Shown: piece by piece, positions 27,167-36,327 of the stretch | Layout of the letters: each line of letters begins with the position of its first letter | Numbering within the stretch: the stretch's first letter is position 1 | IMG/VR virus record: IMGVR_UViG_3300028585_000514 | DNA from: a virus | Taxonomy: Duplodnaviria; Heunggongvirae; Uroviricota; Caudoviricetes | DNA: 64,000 bases | Direction: 5' to 3' (one strand) | Position numbers and translations under genes: made by a program | Notes under the pieces: model-generated | What the model was told of the DNA's origin: nothing | The model's input: the letters and a program-made list of their open reading frames with translations, nothing else | The model's database searches: none

Positions 27167-28714
27167 TTAAGCGCCTACCTTTGGTTCTACAAAGTCCTGT
27201 GAACCCGGATTCGCAGCAGAAGGTTCAAGAATCCATCCTTCTTTGTTTGCTCTTTCAACAAGCTCATCAACATGCTTCCAACCTTTAGTTGAATCACCAC
27301 TCACCAATTTGATTGGAATCATAGTGGTCTTAGGCAACGATTTAAACCAGTCAGCTAGCATCGGGAATGTCTCGCAGAAGTTCTTGCTACGACGTTGATC
27401 GTACTGGTCGAAGAAGCTACGGAAGTCTCGTTGACGTGACTCCATGCTCGACGTATAGCTATGGCCTTCTTCCACTTCACGAAGATATGCGATCAAACGT
27501 TCGATGCCATCGTGTTCCATCTGGTGCAGCAAGCCACGACCATTGTTGGTCACTGGTTCGTTATCCCAATGTGCCGCTAGCCATTTCTCAAGATGATCAG
27601 CACGCTCAGCACGAATATCAACCGGCAGAGCCAATGCACTTTGGAAGCTAGGGAAGCGCAGAATGTTGAAGCTCATCATACATTGATGCCGTCCATATTG
27701 CTTCTTGATATTCAGCATCTCATCCATGAACTCGGTGATGGAGAACAAGCACAAGCTGTTGATGGTCATCATCATGTGAACCATCTTGACATTGCCCTTC
27801 TCGATCATCATCTTCACGTTGTTGATCCATGTATCCCAGATCAGCCCGTCGCGAATGTATTCAGCGTGTGCACCAAACGATTCGTTCGACGTATAGAGGT
27901 GGAAGTCTTTGAAACTATGTGACACATCACATAGACGTTCGATCAATGATTGCTTAGCACCAAGGTTCGAGTTCACTGCCAACTGCACGTTACACTCTGG
28001 ATGCTGTTTCCACCAGTCCATGAGCTTCCAAAAGTCTGGACTCATAGTTGCTTCGCCGCCAGTAATGCGCAGCTCTTTCAGCGAGTGTTGAAGGTCATTC
28101 TCCCACCATTGCATGAATGCAGCAACGTATGGATTACCTTCATTCTTCAGGCCGTATGGCTGTGCCCATGAGCCGTCTTGTTGGAAAGCACCAGCGCCAT
28201 CACTGACGAGATTTTGGTATGGGCCATCGACTCGAATGTCCTTCATCCACGTGGTCGAGAACGATGGGTTGCAGTATGAGCAAGCGAAGTTACACGTTGC
28301 GTCAAATGCAATCTCCAGGGTCTTGAGGTCGACGTCACCTGTTTCCTTGTGAACGGTTGCAGCATCGATCAGTTCCTGATCGGAGTAGATGATCGACTTG
28401 TAGGTGCGGTCGCTGACTTTGTCTTTGCCAAGGTCTTCGATCTTCCAGCAGTATTCGCATTCAGCCGGGCGTTCACCATCCAGCATCTGCTTACGAACCA
28501 TCTTCTTGTACTTGGTATTGTGCAGAGCCTTGTAGCTTTGCTCAAGTTCTTCGAGCGGAATCTTGTGTGCTGGAGGGTGGTGGCACGATGCAGTGGTACC
28601 ACTACCGAGCCAAACGGTAGCGTTGTACCATTTAGCTCCGCAGAAGCTCGGGCTGATCGAATCGATCATGCGGTCCCGATACTCCTGATAAGTTTCGCCT
28701 TGAAGTTTTGGCAT
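27167..28714 (-). CDS. Radical SAM protein
   Basis: FCGAKW...SCHHP...CEYCW; CNFACSYC; ITGGE. Confidence 0.9.
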   Translation of the reverse strand: MPKLQGETYQEYRDRMIDSISPSFCGAKWYNATVWLGSGTTASCHHPPAHKIPLEELEQSYKALHNTKYKKMVRKQMLDGERPAECEYCWKIEDLGKDKVSDRTYKSIIYSDQELIDAATVHKETGDVDLKTLEIAFDATCNFACSYCNPSFSTTWMKDIRVDGPYQNLVSDGAGAFQQDGSWAQPYGLKNEGNPYVAAFMQWWENDLQHSLKELRITGGEATMSPDFWKLMDWWKQHPECNVQLAVNSNLGAKQSLIERLCDVSHSFKDFHLYTSNESFGAHAEYIRDGLIWDTWINNVKMMIEKGNVKMVHMMMTINSLCLFSITEFMDEMLNIKKQYGRHQCMMSFNILRFPSFQSALALPVDIRAERADHLEKWLAAHWDNEPVTNNGRGLLHQMEHDGIERLIAYLREVEEGHSYTSSMESRQRDFRSFFDQYDQRRSKNFCETFPMLADWFKSLPKTTMIPIKLVSGDSTKGWKHVDELVERANKEGWILEPSAANPGSQDFVEPKVGA

Positions 28715-28743
28715 GTTATTCCTTATGTGTTATGAGAACTTAT

Positions 28744-30159
28744 TTATTGGCCGATTCCGTCATAGGCATTGCGGCAATCTTCATAGAACGGAACCAGCTC
28801 GGGGAATGTTTCGTAGAAGTTCGTATCACGACGTTCGTCGTACTGTTCGTGGTAGATGAAGAAGTTCTTCATGTTCACGATACGTGCTTCCTCTTCACCA
28901 TTCATGAAGTCAATCAAGCGTTCCACTTGGTCAATCTCTTCTAGGTAGAAGCGGCCAGCTTTAGTTGGATCGGCTTGACGAGTGCGAGCCATCACAGTAT
29001 CACGCCAGATTGGACCATACTTCTCTTTGATGTCCTTTGGTAGATTGCGGATGTTCAGGTAATGCGGCCAGCGAACATAAGCGATCATCATCGGGATACG
29101 ATTCTCTGCATCAGTCTCATTGAACTCGGTGCGGAGGGTGTACACGAACTTGAGGAACTCATCGAACGTGGTCACGCTTAGAAGGTTGGTTGCAACCATA
29201 AAGTGCAAACGCGTCTCGGTGTTCTTGAGGAAGTATCGGCAGTTTTCAGCGAACTCGTCGTAGGTCATGCCATAACGAATGTACTCTGCTTGCGCACCGG
29301 TCGCTTCGAGGCTGGTGTACACTTCGAACGACTTAACTTTGCCTTTCAGCAGATTGCTGTACTCAACGAGTTTGTCAATCAATTTTCGTGGCACGTTCAT
29401 ATTCGTGTTCACTGCCAACTCCAAGTCTGGACGCGGGTTAGCAATCAGCTCATCAAACACTCGCCACGTGTGCTTCGATAATAGTGGCTCACCACCAGTG
29501 ATGCGGAACACCTTGAGTGTTTGAACAAGCTCTGGCCACCATTTCCAGAATGCTTCAACATATGGATTGTAATCATCACGTTTGATTGGAAAACGCCCAA
29601 TCGACTTTAGCCAGCCATGATCATGAGCAGTGCCTTGCGCAAGTTGGTATGGGCCATGACGTTCAATCTCTTCCGTCCATTTCGACGATACGTCCGAGGT
29701 GCAGTATGTGCACTTGAAGTTGCAGGTATTTTCGAATGCAACCTCGAGGTAGGTCGGGTTGATGTCGTTACCAAGCCCGGACGCCTTCACGACGTCCAGG
29801 GACTCCATAGCCCATGGGCTAGTGGATTTATATGTCCGATCGCTTAGGTGATCCCCAGGGCCGTTCTCAATGTTCCAGCAGTATGTACATTCGGGTGTTT
29901 GGATGCCTTTCAGCATGTCCTCACGTGCAACGAATTTGATCGGGGTATTGTGAAGCGCCTTAGGATTCGCTTCAACTGCTTTCGGATCGACTTTATGGGA
30001 CGATGGGTGGTGGCAGCTATGGGTGTACCCATTCCAAAGGTAGATGGTCGATTGCAACCATTTTGCGGTACAGAACGTTGGTGAAATCTTATTGATTACT
30101 TCATCACGAAGGCGATAGTTCTCCTCCATGATGATTTGATTGCGACTTTTTTCTGTCAT
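28744..30159 (-). CDS. Radical SAM protein (paralog of neighbour)
   Basis: FCTAKW...SCHHP...CTYCW; CNFKCTYC; ITGGEP. Confidence 0.9.
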   Translation of the reverse strand: MTEKSRNQIIMEENYRLRDEVINKISPTFCTAKWLQSTIYLWNGYTHSCHHPSSHKVDPKAVEANPKALHNTPIKFVAREDMLKGIQTPECTYCWNIENGPGDHLSDRTYKSTSPWAMESLDVVKASGLGNDINPTYLEVAFENTCNFKCTYCTSDVSSKWTEEIERHGPYQLAQGTAHDHGWLKSIGRFPIKRDDYNPYVEAFWKWWPELVQTLKVFRITGGEPLLSKHTWRVFDELIANPRPDLELAVNTNMNVPRKLIDKLVEYSNLLKGKVKSFEVYTSLEATGAQAEYIRYGMTYDEFAENCRYFLKNTETRLHFMVATNLLSVTTFDEFLKFVYTLRTEFNETDAENRIPMMIAYVRWPHYLNIRNLPKDIKEKYGPIWRDTVMARTRQADPTKAGRFYLEEIDQVERLIDFMNGEEEARIVNMKNFFIYHEQYDERRDTNFYETFPELVPFYEDCRNAYDGIGQ

Positions 30160-31082
30160 TAGATGCTCACGAGAATTTCTTTTTCGAGACGTACGGAATA
30201 TTCCTGATTTGGATGCTCATACACTTGTTTGAAGAACTTGCTTTGAGCTTCATCAAAGTATGCCAGATTGAGTCCCATGTGCTTGTTGATCGAATCGCCT
30301 AGTTCATAGACCTTGTCGATCATATCGCCTTCAGACTTAAACTGATCGAGGTAATCGTTACCGAACTTCTTAAACCAATCGTAGTCACTGATGTTTGCGA
30401 GGCTGAAGGAAGTATCGATGTTCGCCATGTAAATGCCCAGGCGCGTTCCTAGGATGGATTCGATACCGTTTTCGACATCGGCGCCGACGCACGCCCAAAT
30501 CATCAGGCGACGGAGGTTTGCATCATGGATAATGTTCTTGACCTGGACCTTGTCAAGGCGATTGCCCTGGTCTAGGGTCATCTTCACGCCTTCACGGAAG
30601 CCAGCACGGAATGCTTGGAATGGCGAGCCGTTTGTGTATGTGGTCGAGAGGACGGAGTTCAATTGTAGGTACTGATTGTCCCAGCAAAAGTCAAGCTTCT
30701 CAGCTTCAGTCTCTGCTGCTTCATGAGTACGCATGCCAAGCACAAAGTCTTTGGTCCAAAGCTTAACACCGCCATTGCCGTAGATCAGACCGTTCACTGC
30801 GTTTACTGCGTTCCAGCTCAACGATGCTTTGGCGTATTTTTCTGGGATGTCGATGACCATATCGAACACTCGAGGATCGACGATGTTGTCACCATCAATG
30901 GTGATGAAGCGATCAGTCTCGCTTTGATTGGCGCATGCTTTGTGAGCAGCGTCAAAGCCCTTAACGCCATGAACACGTTTGGCCCATGGCGCTTTCTCTA
31001 GAAGGTCTGCCCAATTCTCTTCACACTTCGGTTCGTCGTATGATAGGTAGAATAGGTCAAATTCACTCATCTGTTGCTGCAT
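30159..31082 (-). CDS. Glycosyltransferase-like protein (GT-A fold)
   Basis: AHKACA...FITIDGDN DxD motif, YGNGGVKLW, AFRAGFREG. Confidence 0.6.
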   Translation of the reverse strand: MQQQMSEFDLFYLSYDEPKCEENWADLLEKAPWAKRVHGVKGFDAAHKACANQSETDRFITIDGDNIVDPRVFDMVIDIPEKYAKASLSWNAVNAVNGLIYGNGGVKLWTKDFVLGMRTHEAAETEAEKLDFCWDNQYLQLNSVLSTTYTNGSPFQAFRAGFREGVKMTLDQGNRLDKVQVKNIIHDANLRRLMIWACVGADVENGIESILGTRLGIYMANIDTSFSLANISDYDWFKKFGNDYLDQFKSEGDMIDKVYELGDSINKHMGLNLAYFDEAQSKFFKQVYEHPNQEYSVRLEKEILVSI

Positions 31083-31148
31083 ATTTGTTATCCTTTATTG
31101 TCTTGGAAAGCAACGCATGAACTATGCGTTGCTTTTTGTATGTTTTAT

Positions 31149-31700
31149 TTATGGGATGATTTTCAATCCATATGAGTCAAACACCTTGCGAGTGAAGATG
31201 CTAACTAAACGCGGATTATGCACGAAGCCGAACTTCTCTTCGCCGGTCGAGATCAAGCGTTTCATATCCACTGACAAAACAGTAATCAGCTTGTTCGGAT
31301 CATTCTTTTCAGACACATAGAATAAAGTCTGCGCATCATCGATGTTTGCGAACAACGTCATTGCATACTGAATGAGTTCGGGCTTGATCGTAACAACGAG
31401 TTGTTCGTTGTCAATCGTTAGAAGGACGTCTGGATTTTCAGTGCCTTCCTTGATCATCACCGGAGAGTAGTAGAACGGCACCAGCACTTCGTTTGTCTTG
31501 TCCTTCTTGACAAAGTGTGTCGTGGCACCATCGTGATAGACGACGTAGTCGTTGATCGTGTGCGGCTGATCGATGAATGAGATGCCAAGCTCTTGATTGA
31601 TGCGGATAACGTGGAAGTCATCTGCACCATCTAGAACAGGAGAAACGCGACAGACTGTCATCGTTTCTTTGTCAACGTAGAGATACCAATTGTCAGTCAT
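31149..31700 (-). CDS. Hypothetical protein
   Basis: Coupled to upstream glycosyltransferase gene. Confidence 0.75.
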   Translation of the reverse strand: MTDNWYLYVDKETMTVCRVSPVLDGADDFHVIRINQELGISFIDQPHTINDYVVYHDGATTHFVKKDKTNEVLVPFYYSPVMIKEGTENPDVLLTIDNEQLVVTIKPELIQYAMTLFANIDDAQTLFYVSEKNDPNKLITVLSVDMKRLISTGEEKFGFVHNPRLVSIFTRKVFDSYGLKIIP

Positions 31701-32560
31701 TTTACACCTAGCTTTCGTTCCATTGTCGCGATCATCTCATCCGTCACGAAGTCTTTCACGTGGTAGTGGAAAGGCAGCGTTTGGCGGTAGTTGCCGATGT
31801 TCAGTTCACAATCGTTGTTGAAGTACACTTGAACCACTTTGTTCCACTCCTCGGGAATCGGAGGAGCATTTCGATCCAAGTGCCACTTTTGGAGTTGCGT
31901 CTTCATGTGGACAAAGGTCGGAACAGGAATGTGGGGGTTCATATTTAGCGACTCAATGTCCAGAATCTTTGCAGCGATCGCGAAGACTACGTCAGTACTG
32001 ACAAACGCCGGCCGATGTTCTGCTTCAAGGAACTCAAAGAAGTATCGCTGCCAGTTGTTGTAAATGTGTTCAGCGAGTTTGAACAGCTCGTGAGCAGCAT
32101 CAGTCTTCTTGAAGTAGAAGAATGCGGTGTACACGTTTGGCAGATTGTTCTGCGTGAACACTTTGCGGTAGTAATCCGAATCGACCTTCTCATTGCGGTA
32201 GGTCGATGCTTCGGTGCAGAAGACGACTTCAGATTGTCCCAACACGCTCCACCATTCGCTGAGGTCGGAGTTGAAGATCATATCTGCATCGAGTTTGATC
32301 GTCTCATCGTAAGGCGACATGTAAATCGCCTTCCATTCGTTCTCAAGCTTCCACGAGGTATCAGCCGCAGCATCACCCCATGGAATCTCAACGATTGCAT
32401 CGAATGCGTGAGCATACTCCTCTGGAACTTTGTAGCCGGGCGTGATACCGATCGCAAGCTTCGAATGTTCTTTCTGGCTTAGCTTTAGGGATAACGCCAG
32501 GGCATAGGCATAACGTACGTATTGATCGCCTTGTGCGATTGTGAAATAGCCCTTAGACAT
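31697..32560 (-). CDS. Glycosyltransferase-like protein
   Basis: YAYALALSLK, SPYDETIKLDAD, STD, FVHMK. Confidence 0.7.
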   Translation of the reverse strand: MSKGYFTIAQGDQYVRYAYALALSLKLSQKEHSKLAIGITPGYKVPEEYAHAFDAIVEIPWGDAAADTSWKLENEWKAIYMSPYDETIKLDADMIFNSDLSEWWSVLGQSEVVFCTEASTYRNEKVDSDYYRKVFTQNNLPNVYTAFFYFKKTDAAHELFKLAEHIYNNWQRYFFEFLEAEHRPAFVSTDVVFAIAAKILDIESLNMNPHIPVPTFVHMKTQLQKWHLDRNAPPIPEEWNKVVQVYFNNDCELNIGNYRQTLPFHYHVKDFVTDEMIATMERKLGVK

Positions 32561-32840
32561 TTGGGCTCACCCATTCAGGAAGGCCTAGGTCGGCCAGCGA
32601 ACCTTCCATCACATAAGCGATAGCGTACCACGCAACCCCCGCATCAAGTTCAGCCATTAGTATTTCGCGACCCCAGCTCGGAGTGCGGCTATATGACAAA
32701 CGGTGAAAACGCGGATCAGCAAGCCAAATGTGTTTTACGTAATCTAGGTTGTTCAGTTCGTCGATCGTTGTGATTTCCACCGGCAATTTCTCACTCGGGT
32801 CAGCGTCAACGAAATTAGGAAAACGGCGTGCTAGTTTCAT
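32553..32840 (-). CDS. Hypothetical protein
   Basis: Overlaps both neighbours. Confidence 0.6.
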   Translation of the reverse strand: MKLARRFPNFVDADPSEKLPVEITTIDELNNLDYVKHIWLADPRFHRLSYSRTPSWGREILMAELDAGVAWYAIAYVMEGSLADLGLPEWVSPNV

Positions 32841-33733
32841 TTTTTGTAAAGTCCTATAAACTCATCTACGAACTTCTGCAAAGACATTTTGTTCATGATG
32901 TGAACGTTGTGGCCTTTGACTTTCGTGATGTAGAACGCATGTTCATGGTTCTGGTGTTTCATGCCCATATCATTGAACATGACGGTGATGCTATCCAATC
33001 CAACTTTGTGGATATGATCGCGGTCGGTGGAGGTGAGGATAAACGGCGTTGGCAACTTCTTGAACTCTTCATTCTCGATGAAGCCATTGAGAATGTGAAG
33101 TGCAATGCTGAAGGCAAAGTCGTTGCGGTAAAGGTATCCACCAAAACCGTACAACAGCTTGTAGTAGTCCCATCTCTCCTTGATGAACGACACTAAGTCA
33201 AATACCATTTTTGCGCGTTCAGACTTTTTGAAGTAGATCGCGGTGGCCCATACCATCTTGATGCCAGTTTGGTTCAATCGGAATTCCTCACCATCTAGAG
33301 GAAGATGATCCAACCCAAGTGCCGAATCGTTGATCAGGAAGTCCTCAGCACATCCCCACACAGCGTTCATTGAAGAATCCATCATGAGGAAGTCCACGTC
33401 AAGGAGAAGCGTCTCGTCGTACGGAGAAATGTCGTATGCTGAGTTTCTATTGCCGTTGATGAATCGATCTTGTACCGAGTAGTATTGCGTGTCCGAGTAA
33501 CGTCGAAGATTATCAGTGCCAGTAGTCTTGTCATCAACGATGATCTTATCGAAGACTGCTTCGATTTCATCCTTGATGTCAGCATTCCAATCAAGACTTT
33601 TTGTGGAGGTGACTACGGTGATCTTCGTGTCCTCACCTAGATTTTTCTTGCACATGTATGCGTTGAGCAGTGCAATCTTCAAATAGTTGACGTTGTCATT
33701 ATTCGAAGCGAAGAATAGAATGCCTCTTGACAT
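32837..33733 (-). CDS. Glycosyltransferase-like protein
   Basis: MSRGILFFA, SPYDETLLLDVD, YRNDFAFSIA, HIMNK; similar to 31697-32560. Confidence 0.7.
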   Translation of the reverse strand: MSRGILFFASNNDNVNYLKIALLNAYMCKKNLGEDTKITVVTSTKSLDWNADIKDEIEAVFDKIIVDDKTTGTDNLRRYSDTQYYSVQDRFINGNRNSAYDISPYDETLLLDVDFLMMDSSMNAVWGCAEDFLINDSALGLDHLPLDGEEFRLNQTGIKMVWATAIYFKKSERAKMVFDLVSFIKERWDYYKLLYGFGGYLYRNDFAFSIALHILNGFIENEEFKKLPTPFILTSTDRDHIHKVGLDSITVMFNDMGMKHQNHEHAFYITKVKGHNVHIMNKMSLQKFVDEFIGLYKK

Positions 33734-33734
33734 G

Positions 33735-34106
33735 TTACCACTCCATCATTGGAGCCGTCTTACGAGACGATTGAATCTTCTTGAAATCGATGAGGAAGGC
33801 GTTGGTCGCTTGGTAGTATCGGTCGTTGATTTCGTCGTAGAAGTCTGCAAGCTTTTCGATAAGGATTGGATTGCCATTTACGTCGATTAGAATCGATTGC
33901 TCCTGTTCACGATTGATCAGAGCAGCAACGAATGAGATTAGGGTTTGGTCAACGTGGAACACGCCACCATTTTTTGAGAAGGTCAACGCTTGCTTAAACT
34001 TTAGCTTGCTGTTTTCCTTTTGGTTGTAGAGAGTAACGCGGTACTTCGCTGCTTCGAGAGCACGTTCTAGACGCTCGTCTAGATACTTTTGGGCGTCGTC
34101 AGACAT
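33735..34106 (-). CDS. Hypothetical protein heading the GT operon
   Basis: LDERLERALE, NGGVF, DVNGNPI; upstream TGTGGTATAAT. Confidence 0.75.
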   Translation of the reverse strand: MSDDAQKYLDERLERALEAAKYRVTLYNQKENSKLKFKQALTFSKNGGVFHVDQTLISFVAALINREQEQSILIDVNGNPILIEKLADFYDEINDRYYQATNAFLIDFKKIQSSRKTAPMMEW

Positions 34107-34208
34107 GATGAACCTCTATTATTTTTGTTATGGTTATGCGGGGTTATTATACCACAAACCCTAGAACGAGTCTAGGGTTTGTTTGGTAAGACCTGTTGAC
34201 TTTATTTA

Positions 34209-35531
34209 TTAAGCCAATGCAGTTGAAGCCACCGTAGGGTAAGCCATAACCGGCGATTTTAGAACGTTTGCACTTGGGCGAACTAGGGTCGATGCTGAAG
34301 TCAAAGTACCACCAACACCGCCATACAAAGTACCAGGATCAGTGAAGACAATCTGGAATCGGACGATGCGGTTTGACTCGATGCGAGCATTAACGGTGAA
34401 CACTTGCTGCGAGTTGTTCGGGTTTGCAAGAGCAAAGATCGGCTGATACGTCGCGGTTAGATCGTAGAAGCCTTTTGAGTTTGCACGATTTTGTGAGTCC
34501 ACTGAGCCGGTTGCGCTGAACTTCACGGTGCCGATGTTCACTAGGAAGTCTCTCCACTGGAAGTCACGTAGAGTGCCTGGGTTACCGAGTGTCGAAACAA
34601 ATTGGAACTGACCGCCGGCGTTAATGTATGCTTTCAGTGAAGCTGCATCAGCGAAGGTTGCGGTTAGTTCGCGGCTGATTGATCCGGTCCAAGTAGTTGA
34701 ACGTGAAGTGGTACCAGATGCAGGCGATGATGACTCGAGTGAAACCAAAGTTGGTTTGAAGCGAGTAGTACCAGCCGACAACGCATTCAACGCGGTTAGG
34801 GTTAGATTGTACTTAGCAAGCATAGTGACCATGCCGTAAGGAATGGTATTGCCTTGTTCGTAGATAAAGCCTTCAGCTGAGATACCAGTCGAGTCAACAC
34901 CTAGGAAGTTGCAGATTGCGGTTAGCTTGCTTAGCAACGCGATCCACTTTGCGTTGGTCAATGTGTAGATTGACTCATTCGCGATAGTATCGGTTTGACC
35001 ATAGCCGAACGCGTCAGCCAAGGTGGTGCCAGTTGGAGCGCCAATGATCTTGTTGAGCGTAGCAGCCATAGCGTTGTATTCTGTAACGAACGCAGCTTTT
35101 TGCACAAGGGTGTTTGGCATTGGGTAAATCTGAACCCATGCTGAACCATCCCAAATCTTGAGCATGCCGCCAGTGGTGTCAAACCATTGGGTGCCAGTTT
35201 TTGGATTTGATGGCGCTGTTGTGCCAGAGGTGACGCCACCGCCGGCCGAACCAGCCCATGCGTTCTGTGGATCAACGGTTGCATCATAAATGCGTAGAAC
35301 TTTATTTGTGGTGTCGTACCACAATTGACCAGTCACACCATTTGCTGGTGGAGTTGGCGCAGCGAAAGTCTCTAGCATCTTCAACAAGTTTTGCTGAAGG
35401 TCACGACCCCAATTTGGGCTGCCGCGGCCAGTCAGAACTAGCGAAGTGTGAGTGGTGTCTTTCGTCTGAGGTTGAACGGTGAAGCCTGGCTTATTAGCAA
35501 TGCTCCAACCAAAATCGTATTGATCGCTCAA
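34209..35531 (-). CDS. Virion structural protein (tail fibre/baseplate-associated)
   Basis: TSLVLTGR...QQNLLKMLETFA, repeats GQLWYDT / GTQWFDT; follows tail tube; TTG start with GGAG. Confidence 0.7.
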   Translation of the reverse strand: MSDQYDFGWSIANKPGFTVQPQTKDTTHTSLVLTGRGSPNWGRDLQQNLLKMLETFAAPTPPANGVTGQLWYDTTNKVLRIYDATVDPQNAWAGSAGGGVTSGTTAPSNPKTGTQWFDTTGGMLKIWDGSAWVQIYPMPNTLVQKAAFVTEYNAMAATLNKIIGAPTGTTLADAFGYGQTDTIANESIYTLTNAKWIALLSKLTAICNFLGVDSTGISAEGFIYEQGNTIPYGMVTMLAKYNLTLTALNALSAGTTRFKPTLVSLESSSPASGTTSRSTTWTGSISRELTATFADAASLKAYINAGGQFQFVSTLGNPGTLRDFQWRDFLVNIGTVKFSATGSVDSQNRANSKGFYDLTATYQPIFALANPNNSQQVFTVNARIESNRIVRFQIVFTDPGTLYGGVGGTLTSASTLVRPSANVLKSPVMAYPTVASTALA

Positions 35532-35619
35532 TTACTTCTCCTTACGTGCCGGCTCACGAAACGGATAACCCGCATCGCCGGTATCGTGATGCGGGTTATT
35601 ATGCTTATGAAACTATGGA

Positions 35620-36201
35620 TTACAGAGTGCCGCCAATCGCAGTACCTAGACCTAGTTGTTCTAGGACTTGACGTGCGTGGTCGAAACGAACTTGTAGAGT
35701 GATAGTCACTGCTTCTGCGGTTGAGTAGTCTAGATCGCCGAAGTCTGAACCAGCGATGAAGCAACCTTCTAGTAGCCATTGTTCGACAACAGTTTCGTTA
35801 CCGTCTAGCTGTTCTAGCTTCATACCAAACTTATACGCAGATGCGGTAGCTGCAGTTGCCAACCATGGACCATCAGCACCGATCAACTTTTGCTGAGCTT
35901 CTAGTTGATTGCGGATAATGCCTGATGCTTTACCAGTGATGTCATCCTGAACGACCAAGTTGCATGGTTCCCACTCGTGCTTACCAGCGATGTACGCTGA
36001 CGAGTTGTAACGGTCAAGTTTGATTTGTTCGAAGGTTAGGTTTGGACGAGTAACAGTAACGGCTTGCATGGACAAGTCAGCGGAATTGCCACCAGCCGAA
36101 GCACCGATACCAACGAAAGTAACACGCCATCTGTTCTTTAGCTTTGGCATCAAGATACCATTGCCGACGCCAGGAATACCAGCTTGTGATAGTGTAGCCA
36201 T
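35620..36201 (-). CDS. Tail tube protein (gp19-like)
   Basis: PKLKNRWRVTF, AGKHEWEP, W-L-G-F, LDYS; late promoter TATAAATA at 36250-36257. Confidence 0.85.
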   Translation of the reverse strand: MATLSQAGIPGVGNGILMPKLKNRWRVTFVGIGASAGGNSADLSMQAVTVTRPNLTFEQIKLDRYNSSAYIAGKHEWEPCNLVVQDDITGKASGIIRNQLEAQQKLIGADGPWLATAATASAYKFGMKLEQLDGNETVVEQWLLEGCFIAGSDFGDLDYSTAEAVTITLQVRFDHARQVLEQLGLGTAIGGTL

Positions 36202-36280
36202 TTAAATCTCCTTTGTTGTACTTACTTAAATAGAAAGTATTTCTTCTGATATTTATAAAGAAAGGGGGAATTACGGCCAC

Positions 36281-36307
36281 AAAAAAGGAGACCGAAGTCT
36301 CCTTTTT
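36281..36307 (-). terminator. UUCG terminator after sheath gene
   Basis: Same hairpin as 27139-27164. Confidence 0.8.
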
Positions 36308-36327
36308 ATTTATTGCTTAGTGCCTGA

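Noticed and set aside
35528-35779. Arg-rich 83-aa minus-strand ORF
   Set aside because: Out-of-frame overlap with the tail tube gene and an intergenic hairpin
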